Shown here: positions 26,778-37,800 of the stretch, one piece after another
Layout of the letters: the number at the start of each line of letters is the position of its first letter
Numbering within the stretch: position 1 is the stretch's first letter
Assembly: GCA_964582765.1 (NCBI GenBank)
Contig: CAZOSW010000004.1
Span: 1-54,676 of the forward strand
From: an uncultured Planctomycetales bacterium
GTDB taxonomy: Bacteria; Omnitrophota; Gorgyraeia; Gygaellales; Profunditerraquicolaceae
Length of the DNA: 54,676 nt
Direction of reading: 5' to 3'
The notes under the pieces: model-generated
Told to the model about the DNA's origin: nothing
What the model saw: only the letters and a program-made list of their open reading frames with translations
The model's database searches: none
Program-made: the position numbers and the translations under genes

Positions 26778-27431
26778 ATGAAACGTTTTCTATGGGTTTT
26801 TTTATCCGGATTATTATTTTTGATAACATTAAGCGGCTTTATTTTTTGCCAATATCGCCTGCAGTATACTTTTAACCAGACCAGAAAACGCCTAATGCTT
26901 ATCGCATCTAATGCCGCGCTTTCGATAAGCGCGGATGAGGTCTTTAATGTGCCGTTAGAGCAGAGAAGCGAAGGAACTCCGGAATATTTAACTGTCTATG
27001 AGAAATTATTAAAAGTCAAGGAGACTAATCCGTCTATTAAATATGTTTATATAATGACGGCTACGAATCAGCCGGGCATCCTTCAGTATGTGGTTGATGC
27101 TGATCCGGTTCCTCAAATAATAACTGCAAAATGCCCCACTTCGCTGCCCGGGGATAAGTATGATGCCCGCAAGTTTCCTGAAATGATGGATGCTTATAGC
27201 AGGCCAAATGCGGATAAGAAAATTACTTCTGATGAATGGGGCATGTTTATCTCCGGTTATGCCCCTATCTGCGATGCTAGCGGCAAATCAATTGCCATAT
27301 TGGGCATAGATACCGATGCTGCTTCGATACAGGTTATGCAAAATAAAGCCAGGGTAGCTGCTCAAGCCGCATTATTTACGGGACTTTTGTGCCTTATTTT
27401 GTTGGCAGCAACTTTAGTTAAATCTCAATAG
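26778..27431 (+). CDS. Membrane protein with a Cache/PDC-like extracytoplasmic domain and no output domain
   Basis: TM - ~170 aa domain (YVYIMT...YVVDAD...DEWGMFISGYAPICDASGKSIAILGIDTD) - TM - stop. The pattern resembles the sensor domains of kinases and cyclases. Confidence 0.5.
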   Translation: MKRFLWVFLSGLLFLITLSGFIFCQYRLQYTFNQTRKRLMLIASNAALSISADEVFNVPLEQRSEGTPEYLTVYEKLLKVKETNPSIKYVYIMTATNQPGILQYVVDADPVPQIITAKCPTSLPGDKYDARKFPEMMDAYSRPNADKKITSDEWGMFISGYAPICDASGKSIAILGIDTDAASIQVMQNKARVAAQAALFTGLLCLILLAATLVKSQ

Positions 27432-27483
27432 TTACCTATCCAATAAACAAATTTTCCCCAATAGATTAGGCGGAATATTTTTC

Positions 27484-27512
27484 TTGCAAAAATACTGAAA
27501 ATATTATATACT
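27484..27512 (+). promoter_or_regulatory. Sigma70-like promoter (TTGCAA, 17 nt, TATACT) giving a near-leaderless TetR mRNA
   Basis: TTGCAA at 27484-27489 and TATACT at 27507-27512. The ATG at 27519 is only 6 nt after the -10 element, and there is no SD. Confidence 0.5.
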
Positions 27513-27516
27513 CTAA

Positions 27517-27536
27517 TTATGAATACAAATTCATTA
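27517..27536. promoter_or_regulatory. Inverted repeat TTATGAAT-ACAA-ATTCATTA over the TetR start codon
   Basis: ATGAAT/ATTCAT arms separated by 4 nt. It matches the core of the ars operator at 15 of 20 positions with identical spacing. Confidence 0.45.
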
Positions 27537-28184
27537 GTTGAAGACAAATTCATTATAGCTAAGCCTGGCTCATCTTTGAGCAGAAGAGAAAGAGATAGAT
27601 TGTTGCGCCGGGCCGATATCTTGCGGGCAGCAGAGTATGTGTTTGCTCTAAAAGGTTATTATGAAGCAACTATGCAGGATATCGCCAATGAAGCGCAATA
27701 TGCCACCGGAACCGTTTATTTGTACTTTAAGGATAAAGATGCGCTTTATTTTTCTTTGGTTGAGCACAAGTATAAAGATTTGCTATCTATTTTAGCAGAA
27801 GAAACGGCTAAGGCAAAAACTGCCAGAGAGAAGATCGAAATATTTGTCTGTGAAAACCTGTTATTTTTTGACCGCAACCGGAATTTTTTCCGCATATTCG
27901 TTTCCGAAAGAAATAAAAACCTGGCAGCTAAGGTACGCAATCTGCATAAATCATCGGTAGTTATGCAACATAAGGAATTTGTCGCTCAGTTAGTGAAGTT
28001 GGCTCAGGGTCAGCAGATAATTAGAAATGATTTTTCCTCTAAGCAAATAGCAGACATTCTTGTTTCAATTCTTATGTCGGTAGTTTTTAGTTGGTTAAAA
28101 GAGGAAACTACAAGCGAAAAGAAATTAAGCCAAATGACCGGTTTTGTTTTGGATATGTTTTTAAACGGGGCAGGAAATAAATGA
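27519..28184 (+). CDS. TetR/AcrR family transcriptional regulator
   Basis: HTH region ILRAAEYVFALKGYYEATMQDIANEAQYATGTVYLYFKDKDALY. Confidence 0.9.
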   Translation: MNTNSLVEDKFIIAKPGSSLSRRERDRLLRRADILRAAEYVFALKGYYEATMQDIANEAQYATGTVYLYFKDKDALYFSLVEHKYKDLLSILAEETAKAKTAREKIEIFVCENLLFFDRNRNFFRIFVSERNKNLAAKVRNLHKSSVVMQHKEFVAQLVKLAQGQQIIRNDFSSKQIADILVSILMSVVFSWLKEETTSEKKLSQMTGFVLDMFLNGAGNK

Positions 28185-29455
28185 AATTAAAGTTTACTTA
28201 TATTTTGTTGATAATTCTTTTAGCCGGATTATTTAGTAATAGTTACGCCTCTAGTGAGGTACTTACTTGGAGTGCATGTATTAAGGAAGCTGCCAAGAAC
28301 CATCCGGATTTAATTGCGGCAGAGGAGGGTATTAAACAATCAGAAGCCTCTAAGCAGCAAACCGCCAGCGGTTTATTCCCTCAGATAACAGGGAGTGTTG
28401 ATGCCTCTAGCGCAAAGACTGCAGGTAACTCAGGCAGTACTACTAAAGACACATATAGTTATGGAGTCAGCGGTACGCAGCTTATCTTTGACGGAACTAA
28501 AACTATTAATAATGTAAGGGCTGCCTCAGAGGATGTTGCCGCAGCTAAGCAGAGTTTTAAATTTACTTCGACAACGGTAAGGTTTAGGTTACGTTCGGCA
28601 TTTGTCGATCTCTTAAAAGCGCAGGATATGCTGCGAATTACCGAAGAAATTTATAATATTAGAAGAAGTAATTTAGAGTTAATTACGTTGCGTTATGTAT
28701 CCGGCCTGGAGCATAAAGGCGCGTTGTTAACTGCAGAAGCGGATCTTGCGGACGCAGAATATGGAATTTCTCAAACTAAAAGATCAGTTGTAGTAGCCCA
28801 ACAGGAACTGGTTAAAGAAATGGGTAGAAAACAATTAACACCTATCTATGTTAGCGCAGACTTCCAGGTTAAAGACAGTGCTTTAGAAAAACCTGATTTT
28901 CAGCTTTTAGCAAAGAATAATCCATCATTGCAGCAACTTATTGCGCAACAGCGTTCAGCAGAGTTTAGTTTAAAATCTGCTTATGCTAATTTTTTCCCGG
29001 AGCTTAGCGGTAGCGCAGGAGCCAACCGTACCGGTTCGCGTTGGGCTCCGCGGGCAGATCAATGGGATATGGGGCTTAGTTTATCGCTGCCTTTATTTGA
29101 AGGAGGCTTAAGAACCGCCCAGGTTTCTGAGGCAAAGGCTTTAGTCAGACAATTACAGGAAAACCAGAGAAGTGTTTTAGATGGCGTCATCTTAACATTA
29201 CAGCAAAGTTGGGCGCTCCTGCAGGACGCAATAGAAAATGTTAATGTGCAGAACAAAGCATTGATTGCCGCTCAAGAGCGCTCTAATATTGCTCAGGCAC
29301 AATATTCTATCGGGTTTATTGCTTTTGATAACTGGACGATTATTGAAGATAATTTAGTAAAAGCTAAAAGAAATTATTTGGATGCTCAAGCAGCGGCATT
29401 ATTGGCTGAAGCAAAATGGGTCCAGGCGAAAGGAGAAGTAATAGAATATGAATAA
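28181..29455 (+). CDS. TolC-family outer membrane efflux protein (system 1)
   Basis: Signal peptide and two OEP repeats. ATGA overlap with the TetR gene. Confidence 0.85.
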   Translation: MKLKFTYILLIILLAGLFSNSYASSEVLTWSACIKEAAKNHPDLIAAEEGIKQSEASKQQTASGLFPQITGSVDASSAKTAGNSGSTTKDTYSYGVSGTQLIFDGTKTINNVRAASEDVAAAKQSFKFTSTTVRFRLRSAFVDLLKAQDMLRITEEIYNIRRSNLELITLRYVSGLEHKGALLTAEADLADAEYGISQTKRSVVVAQQELVKEMGRKQLTPIYVSADFQVKDSALEKPDFQLLAKNNPSLQQLIAQQRSAEFSLKSAYANFFPELSGSAGANRTGSRWAPRADQWDMGLSLSLPLFEGGLRTAQVSEAKALVRQLQENQRSVLDGVILTLQQSWALLQDAIENVNVQNKALIAAQERSNIAQAQYSIGFIAFDNWTIIEDNLVKAKRNYLDAQAAALLAEAKWVQAKGEVIEYE

Positions 29456-30422
29456 AAAATTTAAAACAGGTTTAATTATTATGGGGGTTTTGATTGTTGC
29501 TGTACTTATGGTAATGAGGTTTAAGCCCAAAAAAGATACTGGTAATATTATTGAAGAAATAACTCTTAGCCGGGGCAGGATCCAGACGATCATTTCAACC
29601 ACTGGTACGGTTTTACCTAAAAATCGCCTGGAGATTAAGCCTCCGGTTGGCGGCCGGATAGAAAGTATCTTAGTTAAAGAGGGCCAGAAGGTAAAAGTTG
29701 GCCAAATCCTTGCGTGGATGAGCTCAACTGAGAGGGCTGCGCTCCTGGATGCTGCCCGCGGCCAGGGTGAGGAAAAATTAAAATACTGGCAGGAGGCCTA
29801 TAAGCCGATAGCGCTATTGTCTCCTATTGACGCAGAGGTAATTGTCGCTACAATTCAACCCGGACAAACCGTGACTACCGTAGATGCGGTAATTGTTTTG
29901 TCAGATGAGCTTATCGCACGCGCTCAGGTCGATGAGACAGATATCGGAAGAATTAGGCTTAGGCAGGATGCTATAATAATTCTTGATGCATATCCTGATA
30001 CTGAAATTAAAGCTAGCGTGGAGCATATATATTATGAGTCTAAAACCGTCAACAACGTTACTATCTATGAAGTTGATCTTATTCCTGAGGAGATTCCTGA
30101 ATTTTTCCGCTCGGGGATGAATGCAACCATTAATTTTATAGAGGAGAGTAAAGATAGCATACTGCTTGTCCCGGTTAAGGCCGTGTATAAAGATAAAACG
30201 GAAAGTTTTGTTTTAATAAAAAAAGAAGACTCTGTTGAACCTCTCGTTCAGAAGGTTTTATTGGGAATTACGGATGATAAGAATGTAGAGATTCTTTCAG
30301 GGGTTGATGAAAAAGATATATTGATATTAAAAAATAAAAAATTTGTTCTTCCTAAAAGCGATATAGGCAGTAGCCCGTTTACGCCATTTGGCCAGCGAAA
30401 GGAAAAAGCGCCTAAAAAATAA
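29448..30422 (+). CDS. Periplasmic adaptor subunit (MacA/HlyD-like, system 1)
   Basis: N-terminal TM segment, then lipoyl-like and beta-barrel motifs (VGGRIESILVKEGQKVKVGQILA). It overlaps the upstream stop. Confidence 0.85.
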   Translation: MNKKFKTGLIIMGVLIVAVLMVMRFKPKKDTGNIIEEITLSRGRIQTIISTTGTVLPKNRLEIKPPVGGRIESILVKEGQKVKVGQILAWMSSTERAALLDAARGQGEEKLKYWQEAYKPIALLSPIDAEVIVATIQPGQTVTTVDAVIVLSDELIARAQVDETDIGRIRLRQDAIIILDAYPDTEIKASVEHIYYESKTVNNVTIYEVDLIPEEIPEFFRSGMNATINFIEESKDSILLVPVKAVYKDKTESFVLIKKEDSVEPLVQKVLLGITDDKNVEILSGVDEKDILILKNKKFVLPKSDIGSSPFTPFGQRKEKAPKK

Positions 30423-30432
30423 TTCTAAAAAA

Positions 30433-32406
30433 ATGATTGAGATAAAAAATATATCTAAAACCTATCAGATGGGCAAGGTGGAAGTCAAGGCCCTTTCCGG
30501 CGTATCCTTAAAAATCTCATCCGGAGAATTTGTAGCGATTATGGGGGCTTCCGGGAGCGGTAAATCTACCCTTATGCATATTTTGGGCTTGCTTGACCGG
30601 CCGGATTCAGGTACCTATTATCTGGGCGAAAGGGATATTACCAATCTTTCCGATGAAGAACTGGCTATACTAAGAAATAGGATAATCGGTTTTGTTTTTC
30701 AACAGTTCCATTTATTACCGCGTATGACTGCCCTAGAAAACGCAGAACTTCCATTAATTTACGCCGGCAAGAGGCATCTGAAGGAAAAAGCAAAACAAGA
30801 GATTGAGGAAGTGGGATTGAAGGACAGGATGTTGCATCGGCCCAACGAGTTGTCCGGTGGCCAGCAGCAGAGAGTGGCGATCGCCCGTTCTTTAGTCAAT
30901 GAACCTTTAGTCCTATTCGCGGATGAACCTACGGGTAATCTAGATTCAAAGAGTAAAACAGAAATAATCGCAATATTACAGAAGCTTAACCAAAAAGGAA
31001 AGACTGTTGTTATAGTTACGCATGAACAGGAGATTGCCGATTGTTGCCGCAGAGTTATACAGATGCGTGACGGAGTAATTATTTCTGATAAACGCAGGCA
31101 GGAGGAAAGTAAGGTATCTGAGGTGACTTCTATAGAGGATAACCTGGTGAATAGCGTCTTATCAAAACCTCATAAGCTCTCCGGAGAAACTAAATTTATT
31201 GATTATCTGCGCCAAGCAGTATCGGCTATGCTTTCTCATAAAATGCGCTCGCTACTATCCATTTTAGGCATATTAATTGGAGTTGCTGCAGTTATTGCTA
31301 TGCTGGCTCTGGGGCAGGGCGCCAAAGATGCTATTGCAAAACAGTTGGCATCTTTAGGTTCTAATCTTTTAGTAGTCAGGCCCGGCTCTTCAAGATTACA
31401 TGGAGTGTCAATGGGGGCAGGAACGGTGACTCGTTTTACACTTTCGGATGTTACAGCTATTACCAATCTCTCCGATGTAGTAAAGAGTTCTAGCCCATCG
31501 GTAAGCGGAAGAGGCCAGATGGTTTACGGAAATAACAATTGGAATACTCAAGTGGAGGGAGTAGGGGTTGATTATGAATCTATTCGTGCAGCATACCCAC
31601 CTCTAGGCAGATTTTTTACTGAAAGTGAAGTCAGGATGAGAGAGAAGGTTATTTTACTGGGCACGACGGTAGTTGAGAAGTTGTTTGAAGATGCTAACCC
31701 GATTGGCCAAACAATAAAGTTGAACCTTCTTAATTTTAAAGTAATCGGTATCCTGCCTGCTAAAGGAGCTAATACCTTTCACGATCAGGATGATGTGGCA
31801 ATTATTCCGATTACCACTGCGATGTTTCGGGTTTTTGGAAAAGAATATGTAGATACTATTTATGTAGAAGCAAAAAATCCGGATTCCCTGGATGCGGCGC
31901 AAGAGGCTATATCTAAGCTGATTATCAAACAGCATCGGCTGGACCCTAAAGATGCAGAGGATTCATTTCAAATCCGTAATATGGCCGATATTAAAGAGAC
32001 GCTGGAGGCAACTACTAAAACCATGTCGTTATTACTCGGAGCGATTGCGGCAATCTCGCTTTTAGTCGGAGGCATCGGGATTATGAATATTATGCTGGTT
32101 TCAGTTACGGAGCGCACGCGGGAAATCGGCCTGCGTAAAGCAATTGGCGCGACCAATAAAGATATTATGGTGCAGTTTCTTATTGAAGCGATACTTATGA
32201 CTTTTCTGGGAGGCATTTCTGGCATTATTTTGGGCTGGGGGGTAGCCACGCTGATTACTATTTTTGCTGGCTGGAGTGTTAAAGTTTCTCTATTCTCAGT
32301 AGTTCTTTCAACTACATTTTCATTAATTGTAGGGATAGTATTTGGGCTCTGGCCGGCGAAGAAGGCAGCTTCACTTGATCCCATTGAAGCCTTGCGTTAT
32401 GAATAA
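30433..32406 (+). CDS. macB: MacB-type ABC transporter (fused ATPase + FtsX permease)
   Basis: Walker A GASGSGKST, signature LSGGQQQRVAIARS, Walker B LFADEPTGNLD and a C-terminal MacB_PCD/FtsX domain. The start was set at MIEIKNISKTY rather than the upstream in-frame ATG at 30388. Confidence 0.9.
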   Translation: MIEIKNISKTYQMGKVEVKALSGVSLKISSGEFVAIMGASGSGKSTLMHILGLLDRPDSGTYYLGERDITNLSDEELAILRNRIIGFVFQQFHLLPRMTALENAELPLIYAGKRHLKEKAKQEIEEVGLKDRMLHRPNELSGGQQQRVAIARSLVNEPLVLFADEPTGNLDSKSKTEIIAILQKLNQKGKTVVIVTHEQEIADCCRRVIQMRDGVIISDKRRQEESKVSEVTSIEDNLVNSVLSKPHKLSGETKFIDYLRQAVSAMLSHKMRSLLSILGILIGVAAVIAMLALGQGAKDAIAKQLASLGSNLLVVRPGSSRLHGVSMGAGTVTRFTLSDVTAITNLSDVVKSSSPSVSGRGQMVYGNNNWNTQVEGVGVDYESIRAAYPPLGRFFTESEVRMREKVILLGTTVVEKLFEDANPIGQTIKLNLLNFKVIGILPAKGANTFHDQDDVAIIPITTAMFRVFGKEYVDTIYVEAKNPDSLDAAQEAISKLIIKQHRLDPKDAEDSFQIRNMADIKETLEATTKTMSLLLGAIAAISLLVGGIGIMNIMLVSVTERTREIGLRKAIGATNKDIMVQFLIEAILMTFLGGISGIILGWGVATLITIFAGWSVKVSLFSVVLSTTFSLIVGIVFGLWPAKKAASLDPIEALRYE

Positions 32407-32441
32407 ACTAGAAATTACGACAGCATTAACTTAAAAAACGG

Positions 32442-33992
32442 ATGAGAGACAAAATAGCTAAGCTTGCTTATATTGCCATAATTATTGCATTCTTATTTAA
32501 CAATGTATGCTCTGCTGCTATCGAAAATGAATCTAGGCAAATAGAGATGGGTAGGGCCATTTTTATGGCCGCAGGTACTCAGGACAGAACCTTAAGAATT
32601 GGTTTAATAGATTGTGTTATATATTGCCTGAAGAATAATTCAGAAATTCTTATTAAGCGCATAGAGCCTAAATTAAAAGAGGGTGATGTAAAAATCGCGC
32701 AGTCAGATTTTGAACCCACTTTTAATACCGAATTTACACTACAAGATATTACGGAAATTTCTACATCAACCCTCCAGGGGGCAAGCAAATTTAATTCGCA
32801 AGATGTAAATATTAATGCGGGAGTCTCGGGTAAATTAGTAACCGGCACAGAATACAATCTAGAGTTTCTTAATCAAAGATATAAGAGTGACTCATTGTAT
32901 CAGATTTATGATCCCTATTATTCAGCCGAACCAAAGATAACCATTACTCAACCGCTTTTTAGGGGTTTTGGTATACTGGTAAATAAAGCAAATATTATGA
33001 TTGCCAAGAATAACCAGCTGGCCTCAGAAAAGGATTTCAAGGATACGGTTATGGAGAGTATTAGTAAAGCTAAAACCGCTTACTATAACTATGTATTTTA
33101 TCTTGAAAGTTATTCTATAGATAAACTTTCCTTGAAGCGCGCCAATAATCTGTTAGAGGCAAATAAGGCCAGATATCAGAAGGGGTTGATTAGTTCAGTG
33201 GATTTATTGGAGACAGAAGCCGCTGCCGCAGAAAGAGAAAAAACCCTTCTTTCCGCAGAGGCAGCCCTTAAGAAGGCAGAGGATGATTTAAAGTTTATAA
33301 CCAACCTCGTCGATGATCCAGAAACCTGGAATGCAAGGATAGAATTAATAGATAAGCCCGAATTTAAGCAGGATGATGTGAATTTATTGAAGAGCTTAAA
33401 AGAAGCTTTTATATATAGGCCGGATTACCAAGCCGCTAAATTGGATTTAATAAACCGTAATATTAGCATAAAGGTTGCCAAGAATGCGCTTTTGCCAACC
33501 TTAGATTTAACCGGTAGTTTTGGTTTAAATGGTCTCGGAAAAGATTACCAGAGTGCAATAGAAAAGACTAATTCCGATTATCCCGATTGGGGCGTGGGGA
33601 TTAAATTTAGCCTGCCATGGGGCACAGGGGATCGGGCGAAATATGACCAGAGAAAATTGGAAAAAGCCCAAGCCCTTTTGTCTTTTAGGAGATTGGAACA
33701 AAATATTATTCTGGATGTAAGAGATAGAGTAAGATTGACGAAGATTCAGTATCGCCAGGTGGAGGTATCAGAAGTTTCTCGTGATAAAGAAGCACAAAAT
33801 TATGAGGCGCAAAAGGAGCGCTATGTTGCAGGGCAGGTCTCTACCCACGATATCCTTGATTATCAGGATAAGTTGGCTCAGGCTGAACTGGATTATTTTA
33901 AGGCTTTGATTGATTATAATGTTGCTTTGATAAATTTAGATAAATCGCTGGGGTTAACCTTGGTTAAGAACAATATAAAAATAGAGGAGTAA
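32442..33992 (+). CDS. TolC-family outer membrane efflux protein (system 2)
   Basis: Signal peptide and two OEP repeats with long coiled-coil segments. Confidence 0.85.
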   Translation: MRDKIAKLAYIAIIIAFLFNNVCSAAIENESRQIEMGRAIFMAAGTQDRTLRIGLIDCVIYCLKNNSEILIKRIEPKLKEGDVKIAQSDFEPTFNTEFTLQDITEISTSTLQGASKFNSQDVNINAGVSGKLVTGTEYNLEFLNQRYKSDSLYQIYDPYYSAEPKITITQPLFRGFGILVNKANIMIAKNNQLASEKDFKDTVMESISKAKTAYYNYVFYLESYSIDKLSLKRANNLLEANKARYQKGLISSVDLLETEAAAAEREKTLLSAEAALKKAEDDLKFITNLVDDPETWNARIELIDKPEFKQDDVNLLKSLKEAFIYRPDYQAAKLDLINRNISIKVAKNALLPTLDLTGSFGLNGLGKDYQSAIEKTNSDYPDWGVGIKFSLPWGTGDRAKYDQRKLEKAQALLSFRRLEQNIILDVRDRVRLTKIQYRQVEVSEVSRDKEAQNYEAQKERYVAGQVSTHDILDYQDKLAQAELDYFKALIDYNVALINLDKSLGLTLVKNNIKIEE

Positions 33993-33995
33993 AAG

Positions 33996-34883
33996 ATGCC
34001 TAAAAAAATGAAACCAATATTATATGTTTTACCGATATTTCTTATGATGTTAATTTCTATGGGTTGCCAAGGGAAAAATAAGGCTACAGTTGAGAAAGAA
34101 ACTATTCCGGTCAGGGTAATTAAAGCCGAGCGGCAATCAATTAAAAAAATTCTTGATTATGTGGATGATATAAGGGCGCAGGATGAGGCAATAATTTACC
34201 CTAAAGTAAATGGTAAAATTATAGAGAAAATAAAAGAAGAAGGAAGTAGCGTGAATAAGGGTGATGTTATTGCTTATATCGATAGGGATGAGGTTGGCTT
34301 TAAATTTGAAAAGGCGCCTGTGGAGAGCCCGCTTCGCGGGACTATTGGAAGAGTCTATGTGGATAAGGGCTCAAGCGTTACTCCTCAAAGCCCTATAGCA
34401 TTGGTAGTGGATATGGACAAGGTGAAAATCAAATTAGATATTACTGAGGAGTATCTATCTAGGATTGCCCTGGGGCAGGAAGCGCAAGTAAGCCTTCAGG
34501 CGTATCCCAATGAGAAATTTATCGGGGTAGTTTTAAGGATCAGTCCGGTTCTGGATTTAGAGACGCGCACCGCTCCTATTGAGGTGATTATTCCTAATAG
34601 CGATCATCGCCTAAAATCCGGAATGTTTGCGCAGGTGCAATTAATCCTGGAGGAACATAAGGATGTTGTAGTAATTGCCAAAGAAGCGATTATGGGCAGG
34701 GAAGCTGAAGTTTACGTATATGTTGTTGAATCAAATATTGCCCATCAGAAAAGTATTAAATTAGGGATACGTCAGGGTGCATTTTATGAAATTAAAGAAG
34801 GCCTGAAAGCTGGGGATTTGGTGGTGATAATGGGGCAACAAAAACTTTATGACGGAGCTCCGGTTATAATAGAGGAGAAATAG
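33996..34883 (+). CDS. RND efflux periplasmic adaptor subunit (system 2)
   Basis: Lipobox-like SMGC, then VNGKIIEKIKEEGSSVNKGDVIA lipoyl-like motif and a beta-barrel domain. Confidence 0.85.
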   Translation: MPKKMKPILYVLPIFLMMLISMGCQGKNKATVEKETIPVRVIKAERQSIKKILDYVDDIRAQDEAIIYPKVNGKIIEKIKEEGSSVNKGDVIAYIDRDEVGFKFEKAPVESPLRGTIGRVYVDKGSSVTPQSPIALVVDMDKVKIKLDITEEYLSRIALGQEAQVSLQAYPNEKFIGVVLRISPVLDLETRTAPIEVIIPNSDHRLKSGMFAQVQLILEEHKDVVVIAKEAIMGREAEVYVYVVESNIAHQKSIKLGIRQGAFYEIKEGLKAGDLVVIMGQQKLYDGAPVIIEEK

Positions 34884-34884
34884 C

Positions 34885-37800
34885 ATGAACTTACCCGAAT
34901 TTGGCGTAAAGAGGCCAGTTACTAATTTAATGATTTTTTTGGGAATCATTATTGTAGCGCTATATAGCTTAAGCCGTTTAGGCATAGATTTGATGCCGGA
35001 GATTGAGCCGCCGATAATCTCGGTAATCACAACATATCCGGGGGCCAGCCCGGAAGATGTTGAAATAAGGGTGAGCGAGCCTTTAGAAAACCAATTGGCT
35101 ACTACCCCCGGCTTAGAAAAGATTACCTCCCGTTCTTTAGAGGGGGCTTCAGTGGTTAGCCTTAAATTTATCTGGGGGACTAATCTTAATGAGGCTTCTA
35201 ATGATATCCGTGACCGCATCGAGCAGGCCAAACGTTACCTGCCGGATATACCCGATGAAATAGATAACCCTTTTATCTTTAAATTTAATACTGCCATGGT
35301 TCCCGTGCTTTTTGCGGGAGTAACTGCCGGGCAGAGTTATCCAGAACTTTTTGATTTGATTGATAAAAAAGTAGGGGATCCTCTAAGGCAGTTGCCGGGG
35401 GTAGGGACCGTGCAATTAAACGGAGGGCTGGAGCGCCAGATTAATATCTGGGTGGATAGGAATAAACTTCAAGGTTACGGTTTTTCTATCCTTGATGTAC
35501 AGGAAGTTTTAAAACAGGAAAATGTAACTCAGCCAGCCGGCAACATAAAATCAGGTCTTACGGATTATCTCTTGCGCATCCCAGGAGAATTTGCCGCACC
35601 TGATGAAATAAATTCGGTTATTCTGGGTAAGCGTAACGGAAAACTTGTTTATTTGAAAGATGTTGCCAGGATAGAAGATAGTTTTAAAGAGGTAACCCGC
35701 ATTGTGCGTGTTAATAGGAGCAGGGGAATTGTAATGATGATTCAGAAACAAACCGGCACGAATACGGTTAAAGTAGCCAGCCTGGTTAAGGAAAAACTTC
35801 AACAGCTTAAAACAACATTGCCGCATGACGTAAAAATCATTACTATGATGGACTCTTCCAAGGATATTATTGATTCGCTTAATTCCCTGAAATCTACTGT
35901 CTGGATAGGGGGAGTTTTGGTAATTTTTGTAGTTTGGTTTTTCCTGCGCCAATTTTTACCCAGTATGATTATTGCGCTAACCATTCCTTTTTCTCTTTTG
36001 GTGGCGTTTATTTATCTGTTCCTTAGCGGGAAAACCATTAATACTATTAGCCTTTCTTCTTTGACTATTGCTATCGGTATGGTAGTGGATAACGCGATTG
36101 TAGTCGTGGATAATGTGTACCGCCATATGGAGCGAGGCAAACGGCCGCAAGAAGCGGCAATTTTCGGTACATCTGAAATGTTTTTATCTATCGCAGCCTC
36201 TACTCTTACTACCATTGTAGTATTTTTGCCGATGTTGTTTATAACCGGCGTAGTGGGGATAATGTTTGGGGAACTGGCGATTATTATTTCGGTTACGCTT
36301 GTGGCTTCTCTTTTTACTGCGGCCACCTTTAGCCCGATGCTTTGCTCAGAATGGATGCGTTTTAACCACGGATCCGTAAAGAGTAGAAATAGGCTATTTT
36401 CCAGATTTTACGATTTAAGCGAACATTGGTTTGAGAGATGGGAAGAACTTTACGCTAAATCTTTGTCCTGGTGCCTGGGCCACAAAAAATTTGTTATTTT
36501 TGGTTTCCTGGGAGCGTTTATTCTAAGTTTGTTTTTGCTAAAGTTTGTAGGCAATGAATTTATCCCTGAGGAAGATTCAGGAGACTTGCGTTATACTATT
36601 TCTTTGCCAATGGGAACACGTGTTGAGGAGACTGATAAGGTTGCTTCTAGAGTGGAGAATATTTTTAAGGAGAATGTTCCCGAAGAGAGGTTTATATATG
36701 TTTCTAGCGGACAAGGTTCGGCAATGAGTTTGTCCATGGGCAGGCAGTCAGGGAGCCATATTGTTTCAGGCGGGGCTAAGCTTGTTCCAAAAACAGAAAG
36801 AAAGCGCTCGGTTAAAGAAATAGCGCAGATTATTAGAAGAAAAATTAAGCAAATTCCCGGGGTGATCAAGACTGATATTGTAACGGGCAATCCTATAAGT
36901 TCCATGATTACTGGTTCCGGCGGCAAACAAATTCAGGTAGAGATTACCGGCCATTCCTTTGAAGATACTGATGTCTTGGCTGAAAAAATTAAAGAGATGA
37001 TGGCAGGTATTGCCGGGGCGACAGATGTGTCGATTTCCCGTGATTTGAGCCGGCCGGAATTAAGAGTCCAGGTATACCGTCAAAAGGCCTCCAGCCTTGG
37101 ACTTAATATGCGTAATATCGCTGATAGTATCAAGACCTTTGTGGAAGGCTCAATAGCAACCGAGTTTCGGGATAAGGGAGAGACTTACGATATATATGTG
37201 CGTTTAGAAGATAAATTCCGCGCAAATCCTGAGGATGTGGGAAACCTGACGATTGTTTCGCCTTTTACCGGAAAACAAATTAAATTAAGCAGCGTTGCCC
37301 GTATCTATGAGGTTTCCGGGCCAGTTGAGATTGAACGTAAAAATAGGGAAAGAGTGGTTAGGGTTGAATGCAACACTTACAAGCGTTCTATGGGTAAAGT
37401 TATTGAAGATATTAAAAGCCAGCTGCGCAAAATTCCTATACCTTCTGATATTGTAATAAGTTTTGGCGGAGATGCGGAAGAGCAGGGTAAGGCATTTATG
37501 GACTTAACGCTTTTACTACTTTTAGGGATGTCTCTGGTTTATATGGTAATGGCCGCGCAATTTGAATCTTTATTAGATCCTTTCATAGTTATGTTTGCCG
37601 TCCCCTTTACTTTTACAGGAGTAATATTAGGTTTTATTCTAACCGGAACAACCTTAAGCGTAATTACTTTTCTAGGCATAGTTATGCTTATGGGGATTGT
37701 TGTGAATAATGCTATTGTTTTGGTCAGTTATATAAACATTTTACGCGCCCGTGGCTTAACTATGCTTGAAGCGGTAACTTTAGGAGGAAGGGATAGATTA

